From NCBI GenBank assembly GCA_963731795.1, contig CAVSWU010000003.1, positions 1,094,216 through 1,158,215 of the forward strand: 64,000 nt of DNA, written 5' to 3'. The notes under the pieces are model-generated. The model was not told where the DNA came from. It ran no database searches and worked only from the letters and a program-made list of their open reading frames with translations. This DNA is from an uncultured delta proteobacterium (GTDB taxonomy: Bacteria > Myxococcota > Myxococcia > Myxococcales > Myxococcaceae). This document shows, in pieces, positions 45,289 through 57,219 of this stretch. The translations under genes were made by a program, and so were the position numbers. How positions within the stretch are numbered: position 1 is the first letter of the stretch; each line of letters begins with the position of its first letter.

Positions 45289-45381
45289 ACGTACGAGGGG
45301 GCCGCGGTGTCGGACAGCCGACACCGCCACTGTCCTTTCGGCCGCATCTGCCCGCACGGGTCATTCCCCTCCCGTGGAGGC

Positions 45382-47151
45382 ATGGAGGAGGATGGGCCCG
45401 CTCGGGCGTTCCCCCTGGGAATGCCCGCAGCCCCTCTCCGAAGCTCCGAGATTCCCGTGCCCTCGTCCAAGAAGAAAGGTCCCCGCCTCGCCGAGGTCGT
45501 GGCGCTCCGCCCCCAGCTGAGGAAGCAGCCCAAGCGCACGGTGCGGCCTGCCCCCCCGGTCGAGCCCGAGGCCGCCGAGAGCGCCCTGCTGGAGATGGCG
45601 CGCCACCTCACCACCAGCGCCGGCACCACCGAGGTGCTTCGGATCTACCTGCAGATCGTCTTCAATCTGCTCAAGCCCAAGGTCTGCTACGTCGCGCGCT
45701 ACTTCGCTGAGCGCAAGCAGCTCCACGTCGAGCACGTGCGCGGCCGCTACGACGACCGCGTCACCGCCGCCGTCCCTGACGAGGGCGTGGTCGGCCGGGC
45801 CTTCTCGCAGAACACCGTGCTGCGCGAGGACGACACCGTCGTCGTCCCGCTCGAGAGCCCTCAGGGCGTCACCGGGTGCCTCGCCATCATCGCGCCGCGT
45901 CGTGAGGCCTCGGAGACGCTACTGAGGGCGCTGGCGGGCCAGCTCTCCGCCGCCTACGAGGTGGCGCGCCTGCGCGATGACTCGGCGCGGCGCAACAAGG
46001 ACCTCCAGACGGCCATCGCCGGCCTCAAGAGCCTGGAGCAGCACCGCGAGGAGCTGCTCGGCAACGTCTCGCACGACCTGAAGAACCCGCTCACCACCAT
46101 CAAGGCCTACCTGGCCATGGTGGGCCGCGAGAAGCTCGGCCCTCTCACCGATGCCCAGCGCCGCGCGCTGCAGACGTGCGATCGGAACTCGGATCGCATG
46201 CTGCGCATGGTGAATGATCTGCTGCTCATGTCCCGGCTCCAGTCCGGGAAGATGCAGCTCAACCAGCGCCCCTTCGGCCTCAAGGCCGTGGCGGAAGAGG
46301 TGCTGCGCGGGCTGGCGGCGCTCTCCGAGCACAGCAAGGTGCGCCTCCACCTCCCCCCGTGCACGGAGGTCTTCGTCCGCGGCGACCGCGAGCGCATCGC
46401 CGAGGCCATCCACAACCTCGTGGAGAACGGCATCCACCAGAGCGAGGAAGGCGGCACCGTGGAGGTGCGCGTCTCCGCCGAGGAGGGGCTCGCCGCTCTG
46501 TCCGTGAAGGACACCGGCCCGGGCCTGTCCCAGGAGGAGCTGGAGAACATCTTCGATCCGTTCTACCGCGCCCGCTCGGGCACTCCGCGCCCGCTGGGTG
46601 GCCGGCTCGGGCTGCCGCTGGTGGCCAAGATCCTCTCGCTCCACGGCGGCCGGGTGGAGGCCAACAGCACGCTGGGGGAGGGCTCCACCTTCCAGATGGT
46701 GCTCCCCATGTTCGCCGGGGCGGTGAGCGCGCCAGATCTGTCCCAGGCCGCCCCTCGCGCCGGTGGCATCCTCCTGGTCGAGGATGATGCGGACTGCCGC
46801 GAGGTCCTCCAGCAGGTGTTGGAGCAGGAGGGCTACCGCGTCATGTCCACCTCAGGAGCGGCGGAGGCCCGCTCCGTGCTCTCGCACATCCGCCCGGCCA
46901 TGGTGCTGCTGGATCTGCGGCTGAGCCAGGAGGATGGGCGCTCGGTGCTGCACTTCATCCGCGCCACCGAGTTGCTCTCGGATGTCGTCGTCTACATCAT
47001 CTCCGGAGCCAGCGAGGTGGCCTCGCTCACCTCGGGCCAGGGGCTGGATCGCATCGATGGCTTCTTCGAGAAGCCGCTCCAGCTCCCCCGGCTGCTGGAT
47101 ACCGTGGCGTCGGTGGTCCGCCCCAGCCGTCGCAGCCCAGGCATGCCCTGA
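45382..47151 (+). CDS. Hybrid sensor histidine kinase (GAF - HisKA - HATPase_c - REC)
   Basis: H-box LGNVSHDLKNPLTTI, N/G boxes (NLVENGIHQS, DTGPGL, GGRLGLPLV), C-terminal receiver (LLVEDDAD...LLDLRL). Start at MEEDGP taken inside the longer ORF. Confidence 0.85.
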   Translation: MEEDGPARAFPLGMPAAPLRSSEIPVPSSKKKGPRLAEVVALRPQLRKQPKRTVRPAPPVEPEAAESALLEMARHLTTSAGTTEVLRIYLQIVFNLLKPKVCYVARYFAERKQLHVEHVRGRYDDRVTAAVPDEGVVGRAFSQNTVLREDDTVVVPLESPQGVTGCLAIIAPRREASETLLRALAGQLSAAYEVARLRDDSARRNKDLQTAIAGLKSLEQHREELLGNVSHDLKNPLTTIKAYLAMVGREKLGPLTDAQRRALQTCDRNSDRMLRMVNDLLLMSRLQSGKMQLNQRPFGLKAVAEEVLRGLAALSEHSKVRLHLPPCTEVFVRGDRERIAEAIHNLVENGIHQSEEGGTVEVRVSAEEGLAALSVKDTGPGLSQEELENIFDPFYRARSGTPRPLGGRLGLPLVAKILSLHGGRVEANSTLGEGSTFQMVLPMFAGAVSAPDLSQAAPRAGGILLVEDDADCREVLQQVLEQEGYRVMSTSGAAEARSVLSHIRPAMVLLDLRLSQEDGRSVLHFIRATELLSDVVVYIISGASEVASLTSGQGLDRIDGFFEKPLQLPRLLDTVASVVRPSRRSPGMP

Positions 47152-47250
47152 GCAGGGGAGCCCGTCCACAGGTACGAAAGAGGCTGGAAAGCCGCTTTCC
47201 TCCGCTAGTATCCGCCTGGCTCGGAAGCACTTCCTCCGGAGGAAGCCAAC

Positions 47251-49811
47251 GTGGAGAGTGCGGTAGCTCGGACAGCGAACCAGGAAACGGCCGTGCTGAA
47301 GGAAGAGTTTGGACCGATCTCCCGGTGGCTGGGGGCTCGCTACTTCGACGGCGTGCACTTCCCTCCGGAGTCCGAGGTCGAGCTGCGCGAGCTCCACACC
47401 CAGGGCTTCGTGGTCCACGTCATGCGCTCCACGGCGTGGATCAACTTCCTCTACCTGGCCTGGGCCATGGTGCGCCGCGCCCTGCCCCCCATCCGCGCGG
47501 TGGTGAACCTGCGGCCCTGGTTCACCCGCCCGTTCCGCAACACGGCCCAGCGCGGCGACTTCGACGTGCGCTTCACCTACGCCCGGCGCCACGGCGGCAG
47601 CGGCCTCATCTTCCTGAAGAAGACGGCGCTGATGAGCCCCTCGGGCAAGGACATCGAGGAGAACCCCTTCCCGGCCCTGGTGGCCATGGCGCGCAAGGGG
47701 GATCGCAACGTCTTCCTGGTGCCGGAGCTGTTCGTCTGGGAGAAGCGCACCGCGCGGATCAAGCCCGGCCTCATGGACCGGGTGTTCGGCAGCCCCGAGG
47801 CCCCGGGCTTCGTGCACTCGATGGTGGCCTTCTTCCGCAACTACCGCCGCGCCCAGTTCCGCGTGGGCGAGCCCATCGATCTGCAGCGCTTCATCGCTGG
47901 AGAACCCGCAGGACTCGGACGAGGTGATCGCCCGCAAGGTGCGCAGCGCCCTGCACCACCACCTGGCCCGGGAGACTCGCGCCGTCTTCGGCCCGCCCAC
48001 CAAGCCGCCCGAGCGGCTCATCGACGAGACGATGCGCGACCGGCAGCTGCGCAAGGCCCTGGACGCGTACGCCGCCTCCGTGGGCCGCCGCCCGGAGAGC
48101 GTCTACCGCGAGGCCCGGCGCAACCTGCAGGCCATCGCCGCGCGCCCCAGCCCCACGACGCTCGCCTTCGCCTCGCCCGTACTGGACTGGGTCTTCCAGC
48201 GCATCTACGACGGCATCGAGGTGGATGAGGCCGGGCTCCACCGCGCGCTCAAGGCCGCTGGCACGCGCGCCCATCGTCCTGTGCCCCTCGCACAAGAGCC
48301 ACGTGGACTACCTGGTGATGAGCTGGGTGCTCTGGAACCGCGGGCTACGCGGTGCCGCTGGTGGCCGCCGGCGCCAACCTCTCGTTCTGGCCGCTCGGGC
48401 CCTTCCTGCGGCGCTGCGGCGCGTTCTTCCTGCGCCGCTCCTTCAAGGGCGACCCGATCTACTCCGAGGCCTTCCAGGCCTACGTGCACAAGCTGGTGCC
48501 ACGACGGCGTGCACCAGGAGTTCTTCCCCGAGGGCGGCCGCTCCCGCACCGGCAAGCTGCTGCCGCCCAAGCTGGGCATGTTCACCTGGCAGGTGGAGGC
48601 CGTGCTCGAGGGCGCGCGCGGCGATCTGATCTTCGTCCCCGTCTCCATCGACTACGAGAAGGTGGTGGAGTCCGGCAGCTACTCGAAGGAGCTGGCCGGT
48701 GGGGAGAAGAAGCCCGAGGACCTCAAGGCCCTGCTCAGCGCGCCCAAGGTGCTCACGGCGCGCTACGGCCGCATCCACCTCACCTTCGACGAGCCGCTGT
48801 CGCTGGTCGGAGCTCATGAGGAGCCGTGGGCTCTCCCCCGGCGAGCCGGTCACCGACGATCAGAAGAAGGGCCTGGTGCGCGCGCTGGGCAACCGGGTGA
48901 TGTACGGCATCAGCAAGGTGTCCACCGTGACGCCGCACGCCCTGGTGAGCGCGTCGCTGCTGGCCCACCGCCGCCGCGGCATCACCCAGCGCGAGCTCAC
49001 CGACCGCATCACCCTGCTGCGCCGCATCGCCGAGGAGGAGCGCACGCCCCTCTCCACGACGCTGGCCAACGCCCCGAGCGACCCCGAGACGATGGGCGCC
49101 ATCCGGGACGCCATGCAGACGTTCCGCAGCGGACGGGATGATCCGCACCCAGCAGGCGCGCGGCGAGGTCATCTACCAGCCCGAGGACGAGCGCCGCGCG
49201 GAGCTCTCCTTCTACAAGAACACCTTGATGAACCTGGTGGCGCCGCGCAGCCTGGTGGCCAACGCGCTGCTGGTGGGGGCCCCCGCTCCGTACGAGACGC
49301 GTGAAGGCCCGCGCGCTGTTCCTCTCGCGCCTCTTCAAGGTCGAGTTCATCTACCGGGTGGGCACCACCTTCGACACCATCTTCTCGGAGACGGTGGAGG
49401 CGCCTGGTGCGGCTGGGCCTGGTGCTGCGCTCGAATGACACGCTCCAGCTCGCCCCCGAGGCTCACGCCCGGCCCACACTGGAGTTCCTCGCGGACCTGC
49501 TGCGCGACTACCTCGAGGCGTACCTGCTGGCCGCGCTGACGCTCAAGGACGTGGCCGAGGACGCGGTCACGGACCGCAAGGCGTTTCGTCAAGCTCGCGC
49601 TGGAGACGGGCCGCGCCGAGTTCCACGCGGGCCGCATCGGCGCCGCCGAGGCCCTCGCCAAGACGACGCTGGAGAACGCCGTGGCGTACCTGCTCGACCA
49701 GAAGTACCTCGTCGAGGAGGACAAGAAGCTGAAGCTGGGCCCGGCCGCCGCCGAGCCCTCGGCTCGCGAGCAGCTCGCCCACGAGATCCGCCTGTACCTG
49801 CAGCGCGCGTG
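47251..49811 (+). pseudogene. plsB: Glycerol-3-phosphate acyltransferase PlsB gene, interrupted by >=8 frameshifts
   Basis: Recognisable PlsB pieces spread over ORFs 47251, 47924, 48225/48352, 48699, 49138, 49407 (PSHKSHVDYLV, FFPEGGRSRTGKLLPPKLGMF, IFVPVSIDYEKV...). The first shift at ~47905 is explained by one extra G in GCTGGAGAAC. Confidence 0.8.
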
Positions 49812-49827
49812 AGCCGCCGGCCCTGCT

Positions 49828-50266
49828 CTACGGGCCGGTGCGGAACGGGACGCGCACCTCTTCGACGAGCGCGTTGCCCTCGTAGTCGGTGAGGCTCGTG
49901 CGCAGCACCAGGATGAAGGCGGAGTTCGCGGGGAGGGTGCCCGACTCCGCGTTCACCATGACCGTGTACGGGATGTCGCCGCGCTCGACGTTCTCGTCCA
50001 CGCCCGTGTGCGCCGGGCACGGTGATGTGCAGGGGCACCTCATCGCTCCCGGAGAACACGGCGATCCCGGGGCGCAGGGTGCGCACATCCATGAACTCCG
50101 AGAAGGTGATGCTCAGCGTGTCGTCCGGATCGAAGGTGGCGTTGGCCGCCGGATCCGTGGACTGAACCGTGGGGGGCGTGGTGTCACGCACCGCGAGGAG
50201 CGGATCGCCGACCTCCAGGCAGCCGGTGAGGCTCAGGAAGGCACAGGCAGTCAGCAGGTGGCGCAT
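49828..50266 (-). CDS. Lipoprotein with Ig-like (SbsA-type) domain, one frameshift near 50040
   Basis: Signal plus lipobox MRHLLTACAFLSLTGC...; N-part in ORF 49589..50317, C-part in ORF 49828..50088. Confidence 0.6.
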
Positions 50267-50268
50267 CA

Positions 50269-51448
50269 CCGGCACCCCTTCTGCACGAGGCTGGTCTCCG
50301 TGTGGCACTTGAGGCACGGGCGATCATTGGCCGCCGCGAGCCGCTGGCAGCTGCTCGAGAAGCCGGTCGGGTGGGGGTTGACCTGCTGGCGCTGGGACAG
50401 CTCCGAGTGGCAGCTCATGCAGGTCTCCTCGCGGTGGCAGGCCGTGCAGCTGGCTGATGTCTCGCGAGGCGACGATCCCGTGGTGCTGGGGCCCGAGCTG
50501 CACTGCACCCACGTGTTGTAGTCCGGGTGCACCTTGGTGTTGTGCGGGCGCAGGGACTGGTCCGCGTCCATGCCCACGCCGACGCGCTCGTGGCAGGCGG
50601 CGCAGAAGGACTGGAGGCGGTGGCAGCTCTCGCAGCGCGGCGCGTCCGTGCGCGCCTGGATCGGGTGCAGGGTGATGTAGTCGTTCGGGTGCACGGACAG
50701 CGGCTTCTGCAGCGAGTCGTGGCACCGCTGGCAGAACGAGTCCGAGTGGCACTGGGAGCATGTCTGCCGGGACACCGAGGCGCGCGAGCCGTGGTTGAAC
50801 TCGAAGCGCGGGCCATGGTCCATGCCCAGCGGGTCGCCCTGCATGGGCCGGAGGATGCCGGAGGTGAAGTTGAGCTGGAGCCGCCCCGAGGCCTCCTTCA
50901 GGTGGCACGTCGTGCACTCGTTGGGGGCCGGCTTGCCGTCATGGCACTCGAGGCAGGTGGCCATCTTCGGCAGCTGCTGCCGCGTGGCCAGGTTCACCTT
51001 CGTCATGTCCCCGTGGCACGTGACGCAGTCCACCTTCCGGTCCAGGTGCGACCTTGTGGGTGAAGCGCATGTTGGCGGGCGGGAAGTCCAGCTTCGCCGG
51101 CTCCTTGCGCACGGTGGCGATCGAAGCTCGGGTGACACGTGCCGCAGCTTGCCGGCGGGTCCGTCTTCTTGCCCTGCTGGGCGTCCTCGATGTCGTGGCA
51201 GGTCTCGCACTGCTCGTGGCCCGGGAGGTTGCGGTCCTGGGCGCTCTCGCTCTTGGCCGACGGACTCGTGACAGGTGGTGCAGTCCGCGCCGGCATCCAG
51301 GTGCAGCGCGTGATCGAAGCGCAGGGGGATGTTCTGCGCGGGGAAGATGGCGAGGCTGCGCTCGCGGCCCGAGGCGGCCCAGGCCACTCCCGCGGTCGCG
51401 AGTGAGAGGGCAATCAGAGCCCAGTGCGTTCCGGAACTGGCGGTCCAT
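50269..51448 (-). pseudogene. Multiheme c-type cytochrome (about 12-13 CxxCH), >=4 frameshifts
   Basis: CxxCH motifs CTTCH, CETCH, CGTCH, CVTCH, CLECH, CTTCH, CSQCH, CQRCH, CESCH, CAACH, CTACH, CMSCH, CLKCH across three frames; signal peptide ALIALSLATAGVAWA out of frame with the ATG at 51448. Confidence 0.75.
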
Positions 51449-52859
51449 CTAGAGGTTCGCCTTGAGATCGAAGAGGAAGAAGACCTTGGAGTCCGAGCGG
51501 GAGAACGGGTTGACGTTCTCCTCGACCACCAAGGAAGCGCGGGTCGCGCGGCTCAGCGCCCGGCTGGCCCAGACCTGCGCCCCGAAGAAGTTGCCGCGGA
51601 GTTGTGGATTGAACTCATCACCGACGTGCGCCACCGAGAGCCGCCCGTCCAGATCGTAGAGGCCCTGGTCGAAGCTGTAGCCGCCGGTGAGATCCACCCA
51701 GAGCTGGTTGCCGCCAAAGCCAGTCCGGTACGTCACGTCCAGCGCCGAGCGCAGACTGCCCCGCCGCAGCGAGGCGCCCACGCTCCCGCCCACGTTCGTC
51801 GAGCCCGGAGCGCCCGGCTCGTCCACATGGCTCGCGAGCCCGAGGTTGCTCGTTGATGTTGGTGTGGTACAGGCTGGCCAGCGCCTGGACGTAGTAGCGG
51901 AACGGGCCCACCGGGTAGAAGTCCGCTCGCAGGCGGGCCTCATCCCGAGGAGCAAAGGCGAAGTAGTACCAGATGGAGTCCGAGGAGAAGACCGGGGTGA
52001 AGCGCATCGCCTCGCACGCTGAGGGCGTACAGCTCGCGATCCCAGCGCACCTGCGCGCGAGCCTGCGCCAGCGTCAGCTGCATCAGATCGAAGTCCACGC
52101 CCGCCAGCGCGCTCACCCCACGCCCGCGCGTGTAGCGGAACTCCAGTCCAGCGCGCTCCAGGTCCGTCTTCCCGGCCAGCATCGCCTTGCGGAAGCCGAG
52201 CGAGCCGCTGAAGCCCTTCAGGTCCCCCATCAGCAGCTTCGCGCCGAACACGGGCTCCAGTGAGCCCAGGCTGCTGTCCGCGCCGACAACGCCCTGGTCC
52301 AGGCGCCGTGAGTCGCTCTCGCGCGTGCCGTCCGGCTGGTACACCGAGGAGGACAGGAAGCCCGCGCCCTTCACCCACAGGCCACCGTAGGCCTCCACGC
52401 CCACGCCGAACCGCGACATGTACCGCAGCCGCAGGCCGTCGAAGGCCATGATGTCCATCGAGTCGATGTAGAGCTGCCGCCCCAGCTTGCCCTCGAAGCC
52501 ACCCGAGGCGTAGCGGGCGTACGCGTACATGAGGTCCGCGTCCTCGGCCCGTCAGCCCGTCCACCTTCGCGGCCTCGCCGCGCGGCAGCCCGAAGTCCGC
52601 GAAGATACGCAGGCTGGACTCGAAGCCGAGATCCTGCCCGGTGACCAGCTCGAAGGCGTTGAGGCCCAGGTACTGGACGATCCGCCGCCGAGGCAGCAGC
52701 ACCACGTCGTCTGGCGTGGTGCCCCGCCAGGCGCGAATCTGGTACGCCTGCGCCTCCGTGCGCGCTTCGATCTGGTACTGCCGCCGCCGACGCCGACCCC
52801 GCCGCCAGCACCCCCAACACCAGGCTCACGGCCCGGGTGGTGTGCGCGGCCCTCCTCAT
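51449..52859 (-). pseudogene. Outer-membrane beta-barrel protein gene, multiple frameshifts
   Basis: Signal MRRAAHTTRAVSLVLGVLAAG; alternating beta-strand pattern; C-terminal ...KVFFLFDLKANL; pieces in ORFs 52371..53813, 51940..52530, 51618..52007, 51449..52705. Confidence 0.65.
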
Positions 52860-53018
52860 GCTTCGCTGCGCTCGATCCAGGAAGAACCTCACAGTGCCGG
52901 CATTATATGGAGAGCGCCTCGGTTGATTCAGGTTTTCGCGCCCCTCCTTTCGTGAGGAGAGGAGAACACGGTGGAAGATTCCACCCTTAGCCCCCCGCCA
53001 GAGCCTCTTGCCCCAACG

Positions 53019-54124
53019 ATGAGCCCCTGGCCATGGCCGCCATCTGCGGGGGCCTCGGGCTGGTGGCTCTTCCTGACACTCGGCTTCATCACCCAGATCC
53101 TCAACGCGGCCTTCGGCATCTGGTTCACGGAGATCTTCATCTTCCTCGCCGTGCCCTGGGTGGTGCTGCGCGCGGCTCGCTATGAGCCCCTGGGGTACAC
53201 CGGCGCGCAGTTCCCAGGGCTGGCGCCCGCGGCGCTCGGCTTCGGACTGGGGGTGGCCAACTTCTTCGCGCTCGTGGTGCCCATCCAGTACGCCGCGCAG
53301 TCGGTGGCCCCCCAGTGGCTGCGGGATATGTTCGATGGGAGCCGCATCTTCGAGGGCCAGAGCCCGCTGGAGCTGACCCTCATGCTCGCCGGCGTCTCCG
53401 TGGCCGCGCCCGTCTGTGAGGAGTTCTTCTTCCGCGGCGTCTTCCAGAAGGGCCTGCTGGCATCCTCGCTCTCGCGGCCTGCCGCCGTGGTGGTCACCGC
53501 CGTGGTGTTCAGCGCGTTCCACATGGATCCGGTGGGCTTCCTGGCGCGGGTGGAGCTGGGGGTGCTGTTCGGCGCGCTGAGGCTCTACACGGGCTCGCTG
53601 TGGCCGAGCATCCTCGCGCACTCGGCCAATAACGTGGTGTCCTCGTTCCTGTTCCTCTCGTCGCGGCAGATGGGGCCCGAGAGCGCGGACGAGCGTCCCC
53701 CGCTGAAAATCGTCCTCATGCTGATCGCTCGCGGGCATGGTGGCCATGGGGATTCTGCTGGTGCTCGCGCGTATGTTCCCTGCGCTGTGGGGGCCGAGGC
53801 AGGAGCCGCCCACCTACACCCAGCCCTCCCCTTCCCTCGCGCGGCTGCTGCTGCCGTGGGTGCTGGGGGCAACACTCTCCGTGGGGGCCCTGGTGCTCGT
53901 GGATGCCCGAGGCATCCGGCTGAGCTGGATCGACCTCCAGTACCACCTGCCCAAGCTGCCCCAGGACGCTCCGGAGGGGCTCAAGACGGAGCGCGAGAGC
54001 CTACTTCGGCTGAGGCGAGGAGGCTCGCAGCGGACGGGCACCCGTGGAGGCCTACAAAGAGGAGCGCACCCGGCAGGCCCAGGAGCGCCCGTCACAGCCA
54101 GAGCCCACTCCAGAGAAGCCATGA
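53019..54124 (+). CDS. CPBP-family (CAAX/Abi) intramembrane metalloprotease, two frameshifts (~53740, ~54010)
   Basis: Motifs EEFFFRG, FSAFH, HSANN in ORF 52971..54179; C-terminal membrane or coiled part continues in ORF 53737..54495. Confidence 0.7.
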
Positions 54125-54150
54125 GGCCCCGAGCAGCTCCCAGCCCGGGG

Positions 54151-54366
54151 CTACAAGAACCGGTAGGAGGCCACGTTGAAGACGGGCCCCACCATGTGAA
54201 TCGTCACCGCGTCGTTGTCCACCTTGCCTTCGACCTCGACGCGCTGGCCGTCCTTCTTGATCTTCCGATCCCCGCCGGCGAGCTGGTAGGTGCGGCCGTC
54301 ATCGCCCTCGAGCACCCACACGCCGGTCTCGATGTCGCGGAAGACGATGCGCCCGCTCAGCTTCAT
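54151..54366 (-). CDS. Small hypothetical protein (71 aa, beta-rich)
   Basis: MKLSGRIVFRDIETGVWVLEGDDGRTYQL...; start overlaps the stop of the upstream membrane-protein gene. Confidence 0.5.
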   Translation of the reverse strand: MKLSGRIVFRDIETGVWVLEGDDGRTYQLAGGDRKIKKDGQRVEVEGKVDNDAVTIHMVGPVFNVASYRFL

Positions 54367-54761
54367 GCCGTCTCCTTCTTGAGCATCGCGCGAGCGATGA
54401 AGACGCAGATCAGCGTGTTCACCACGAGCCACGGAATCGCCAGGAAGGTGAAGGGCATGTACGCCAGCCCCGGCGCCTTGGACCAGGCCGCGTAGCCCAG
54501 GAAGCCCGCGAAGCCGAGCGCCAGGCCACCGATGGCCGGCCGCAGCCCGCGGAACTTGATGGCGATGAACGACAGCACCGCCGGGATGATCGCGCTGTAG
54601 AAGAGCGGGTTGGCCAGCTTGCCGCGGCCGAAGATGATGCGCTGCCAGTCGGGGATCGGCAGCGACACCGCGTTCACCACGTCCCCGGCCGTGCCGGAGG
54701 CCCCGCCGAAGATCGAGCGAGCGAAGAACACGCCCACCGTGGCCAGCACCAGCGGCACCAC
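54363..54761 (-). CDS. Hypothetical integral membrane protein
   Basis: 132 aa with 4 predicted TM segments. Confidence 0.55.
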   Translation of the reverse strand: MVPLVLATVGVFFARSIFGGASGTAGDVVNAVSLPIPDWQRIIFGRGKLANPLFYSAIIPAVLSFIAIKFRGLRPAIGGLALGFAGFLGYAAWSKAPGLAYMPFTFLAIPWLVVNTLICVFIARAMLKKETA

Positions 54762-54818
54762 GAAGCTCGGGTTGAAGAGGAGGTTGAGGTAGCCCGGCCG
54801 CTGCGCGACGGCCCAGCG

Positions 54819-56190
54819 TCAGCAGCACCAGCGCCAGCAGCGCCAGCGCCCACCAGAGCGAGCGGCCACTGCCCGCCCAGCGCCACCGAGCGCCTCCAGC
54901 GAGCCCTCCGCGTTGAGCAGGCCGTGACCGTACTCCTCGCTCCAGGCCTGGCCGTTCACGCGCCTGGCGCCCTCGAACAGCGCCTTCTCCACCTCGTCCG
55001 GGCCGCTGGCGCCCGCCGCGTACAGGAGCGCCGCCACCGCCGCCACGTGCGGAGTGGCCATGCTGGTGCCCTGGTACGAGGCGTAGACGGAGCGCGACGG
55101 GTCCTTCGGATCGATCGTGTTCTGGATGATGCCGTTCTGGTCGCCCTTGCGCTTGTCGCCGCCCGGCGCCGCGATGTCCAGCTCCTTGCCGTAGGACGAG
55201 TACGGAGCGCGAGTGCCCATCCGGCCCCACGGCGGCCACGGCCACCGCGCCCGGGTAGGCCGCGGGGAACTCCACGCGGCCGCGCGCCGGCGTTGCCCGC
55301 CGCCGCCACCACCGTCACGCCCTTCTTGCGCGCGTACTCCACCGCGTCGGCCATGACCTTCGAGTACCCGCCACCGCCCAGCGACATGTTGATCACCTTG
55401 GCGCCCTTGTCCGCCGCGAAGCGGATGGCGTCCGCGATGTCCGCGGAGGTGCCGCTGCCGAAGTGGTTGAGCACCTTCACCGGCATCAGCGTCGCCTCGA
55501 AGGCCACGCCCGCCACGCCCTCGCCGTTGTTCGTCGCCTGGGCGATGGTGCCCGCCACGTGCGTGCCGTGGCCGTGGTCGTCGTTGGCGTGCTCGTCGTC
55601 GTTCACGAAGTCGTAGCCCTCGACGAACTTCACGCCCTTCAGGTCCGGCACCTGCTTGAAGTCGCTCGTAGTCCTCGTAGGCGATGCCGGTGTCGAGCAC
55701 CGCCACCACCACGCCCTTGCCCCGGCTGCGCGTCCCAGGCCTTGGGCATGTCGATCATCTTCAGGTTCCACTGCTTGCCGTAGTCCGGATCGTTCGGCGT
55801 GAAGCTGGAGTGGTACTCCAGCAGCGGCTCGGCGGACTCGACGGCCGGGTTCTGGCGGATGCGCTCCAGCGCACTCTCCACGTCATCCACGCCCACCGCC
55901 ACGGTGAGGCCGTCGTCGTTGCCCTCGATCGAGTTGAACTCGAGGTCCACGCCCCACTCGGCCTCCCAGGCGTCGAACTGCTCCTTGGTGGTGCCGTCCT
56001 TGAAGTCCACCACGATGCTGCCGGGCACCACCTCCGCCTCGGAGAGATCCAACGTCGGGGCCGACTGACTCGCCTCGGGGGAGGCCGGCGAGGCCGCCTC
56101 ATTGCTCTTGGAAGAAGAGCAGGCCGCGGTTACCACCACCGCGAGGGCTACCACCGCGTTCGCCAGGATCCTTCGCATCATCTGGGGCAC
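54819..56190 (-). pseudogene. Subtilisin-like S8 serine peptidase with N-terminal lipoprotein signal and I9 propeptide, >=3 frameshifts
   Basis: ORF 55639..56190: signal VVTAACSS plus inhibitor-I9-like propeptide. Catalytic D (VAVLDTGI), H ([11 protein letters not shown]), S ([15 protein letters not shown]) in other frames (54956..55771, 54819..55712). 3' end uncertain. Confidence 0.7.
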
Positions 56191-56343
56191 TCCTCAGAAA
56201 CGAGGCATTCCTTCAACAGACCCGTACGAACGAACGGCGAAACGATTGGGTCTGTCTTGCAGTCTGTTCGACCGAACGGTCAGCCGGCAAGCGCCGGAGT
56301 ATTGAGAAACCTTAAGAAGTCTGAACGTTTGCACGCGCATCGG

Positions 56344-56979
56344 TCACTCGCCCGACAGCCGCTTCAGCCACGCGGCCACGAACCTCCCGACCTGGGGGAG
56401 ATTCCTGTGGAAATTCGGGCCCGCGTCATCCACCACCTCCAGCTCGCCCCGCGCTGCTTCCCCCACCGCCGCCGCCAGGGCTGCCCGGGGCAGGCGCTTG
56501 TCCTCCTCGCCCACCACCACGAGCAGGGAGCGCTCCAGCCGCGACAGCTCCGCCAGCGTCACGTCCGCGGGCGCCACCAGACACAGCCCGCCCACCGCCG
56601 GATGCCGGGCCTGCAGCGCCAGCGCCACCTGGGCGCTGCCATGGAGCGAGGCCACCGCGAGGCGGGGGCTCTGGGCGTTCTCCAGCAGCACGCGCATGGC
56701 GGCCTCGGCGTCCTGCACAAGCGCCTCCCCCGTCCCGCGAGCGCCCTGGCTTCCGCCGACGCCCCGGTAGTTGAACCGAAGCGTGGGAAAGCCGGCGGTG
56801 GCCGCGGCCCACGTCAACTCCGCCGCAATGACGTGGTCCATCCCCCCGCCCTCCTCGGGCCGAGGCGAGAGCACGAGCAGGGGCGGCCTCTTCACGCCCC
56901 GGTGCGCCGTGCCTTCCATCACCTCACGGCCGACAGGAATGAGCGTCGGCCGCTCGAGGAACTGCCCTTTCGTGACCAT
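56344..56979 (-). CDS. Alpha/beta hydrolase (dienelactone-hydrolase-like)
   Basis: 211 aa from MVTKGQFLERP...; nucleophile elbow ASLHGSA. Confidence 0.7.
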   Translation of the reverse strand: MVTKGQFLERPTLIPVGREVMEGTAHRGVKRPPLLVLSPRPEEGGGMDHVIAAELTWAAATAGFPTLRFNYRGVGGSQGARGTGEALVQDAEAAMRVLLENAQSPRLAVASLHGSAQVALALQARHPAVGGLCLVAPADVTLAELSRLERSLLVVVGEEDKRLPRAALAAAVGEAARGELEVVDDAGPNFHRNLPQVGRFVAAWLKRLSGE

Positions 56980-57219
56980 TCGCGGTGACCTTAATCCTCG
57001 CGAGCCCCTGCGGCCTGCCTCATCGGCGGGAACTTCCGCTCCCGTGCAACCCTTCAGACTTCGGACAGTGAGTCTCTTTGGACTCAGAGAACATCCGTTC
57101 AGAAAAACCGCCCATCCTGATCGCGAAATGATCCAAGAATGATCCGGAGGCACGGGCCAGATTCCATGTCTGCTAGGCTGCCGGGCCTCGCTTTCCCCCT
57201 CCCGGAGATCCAGCCCCCT

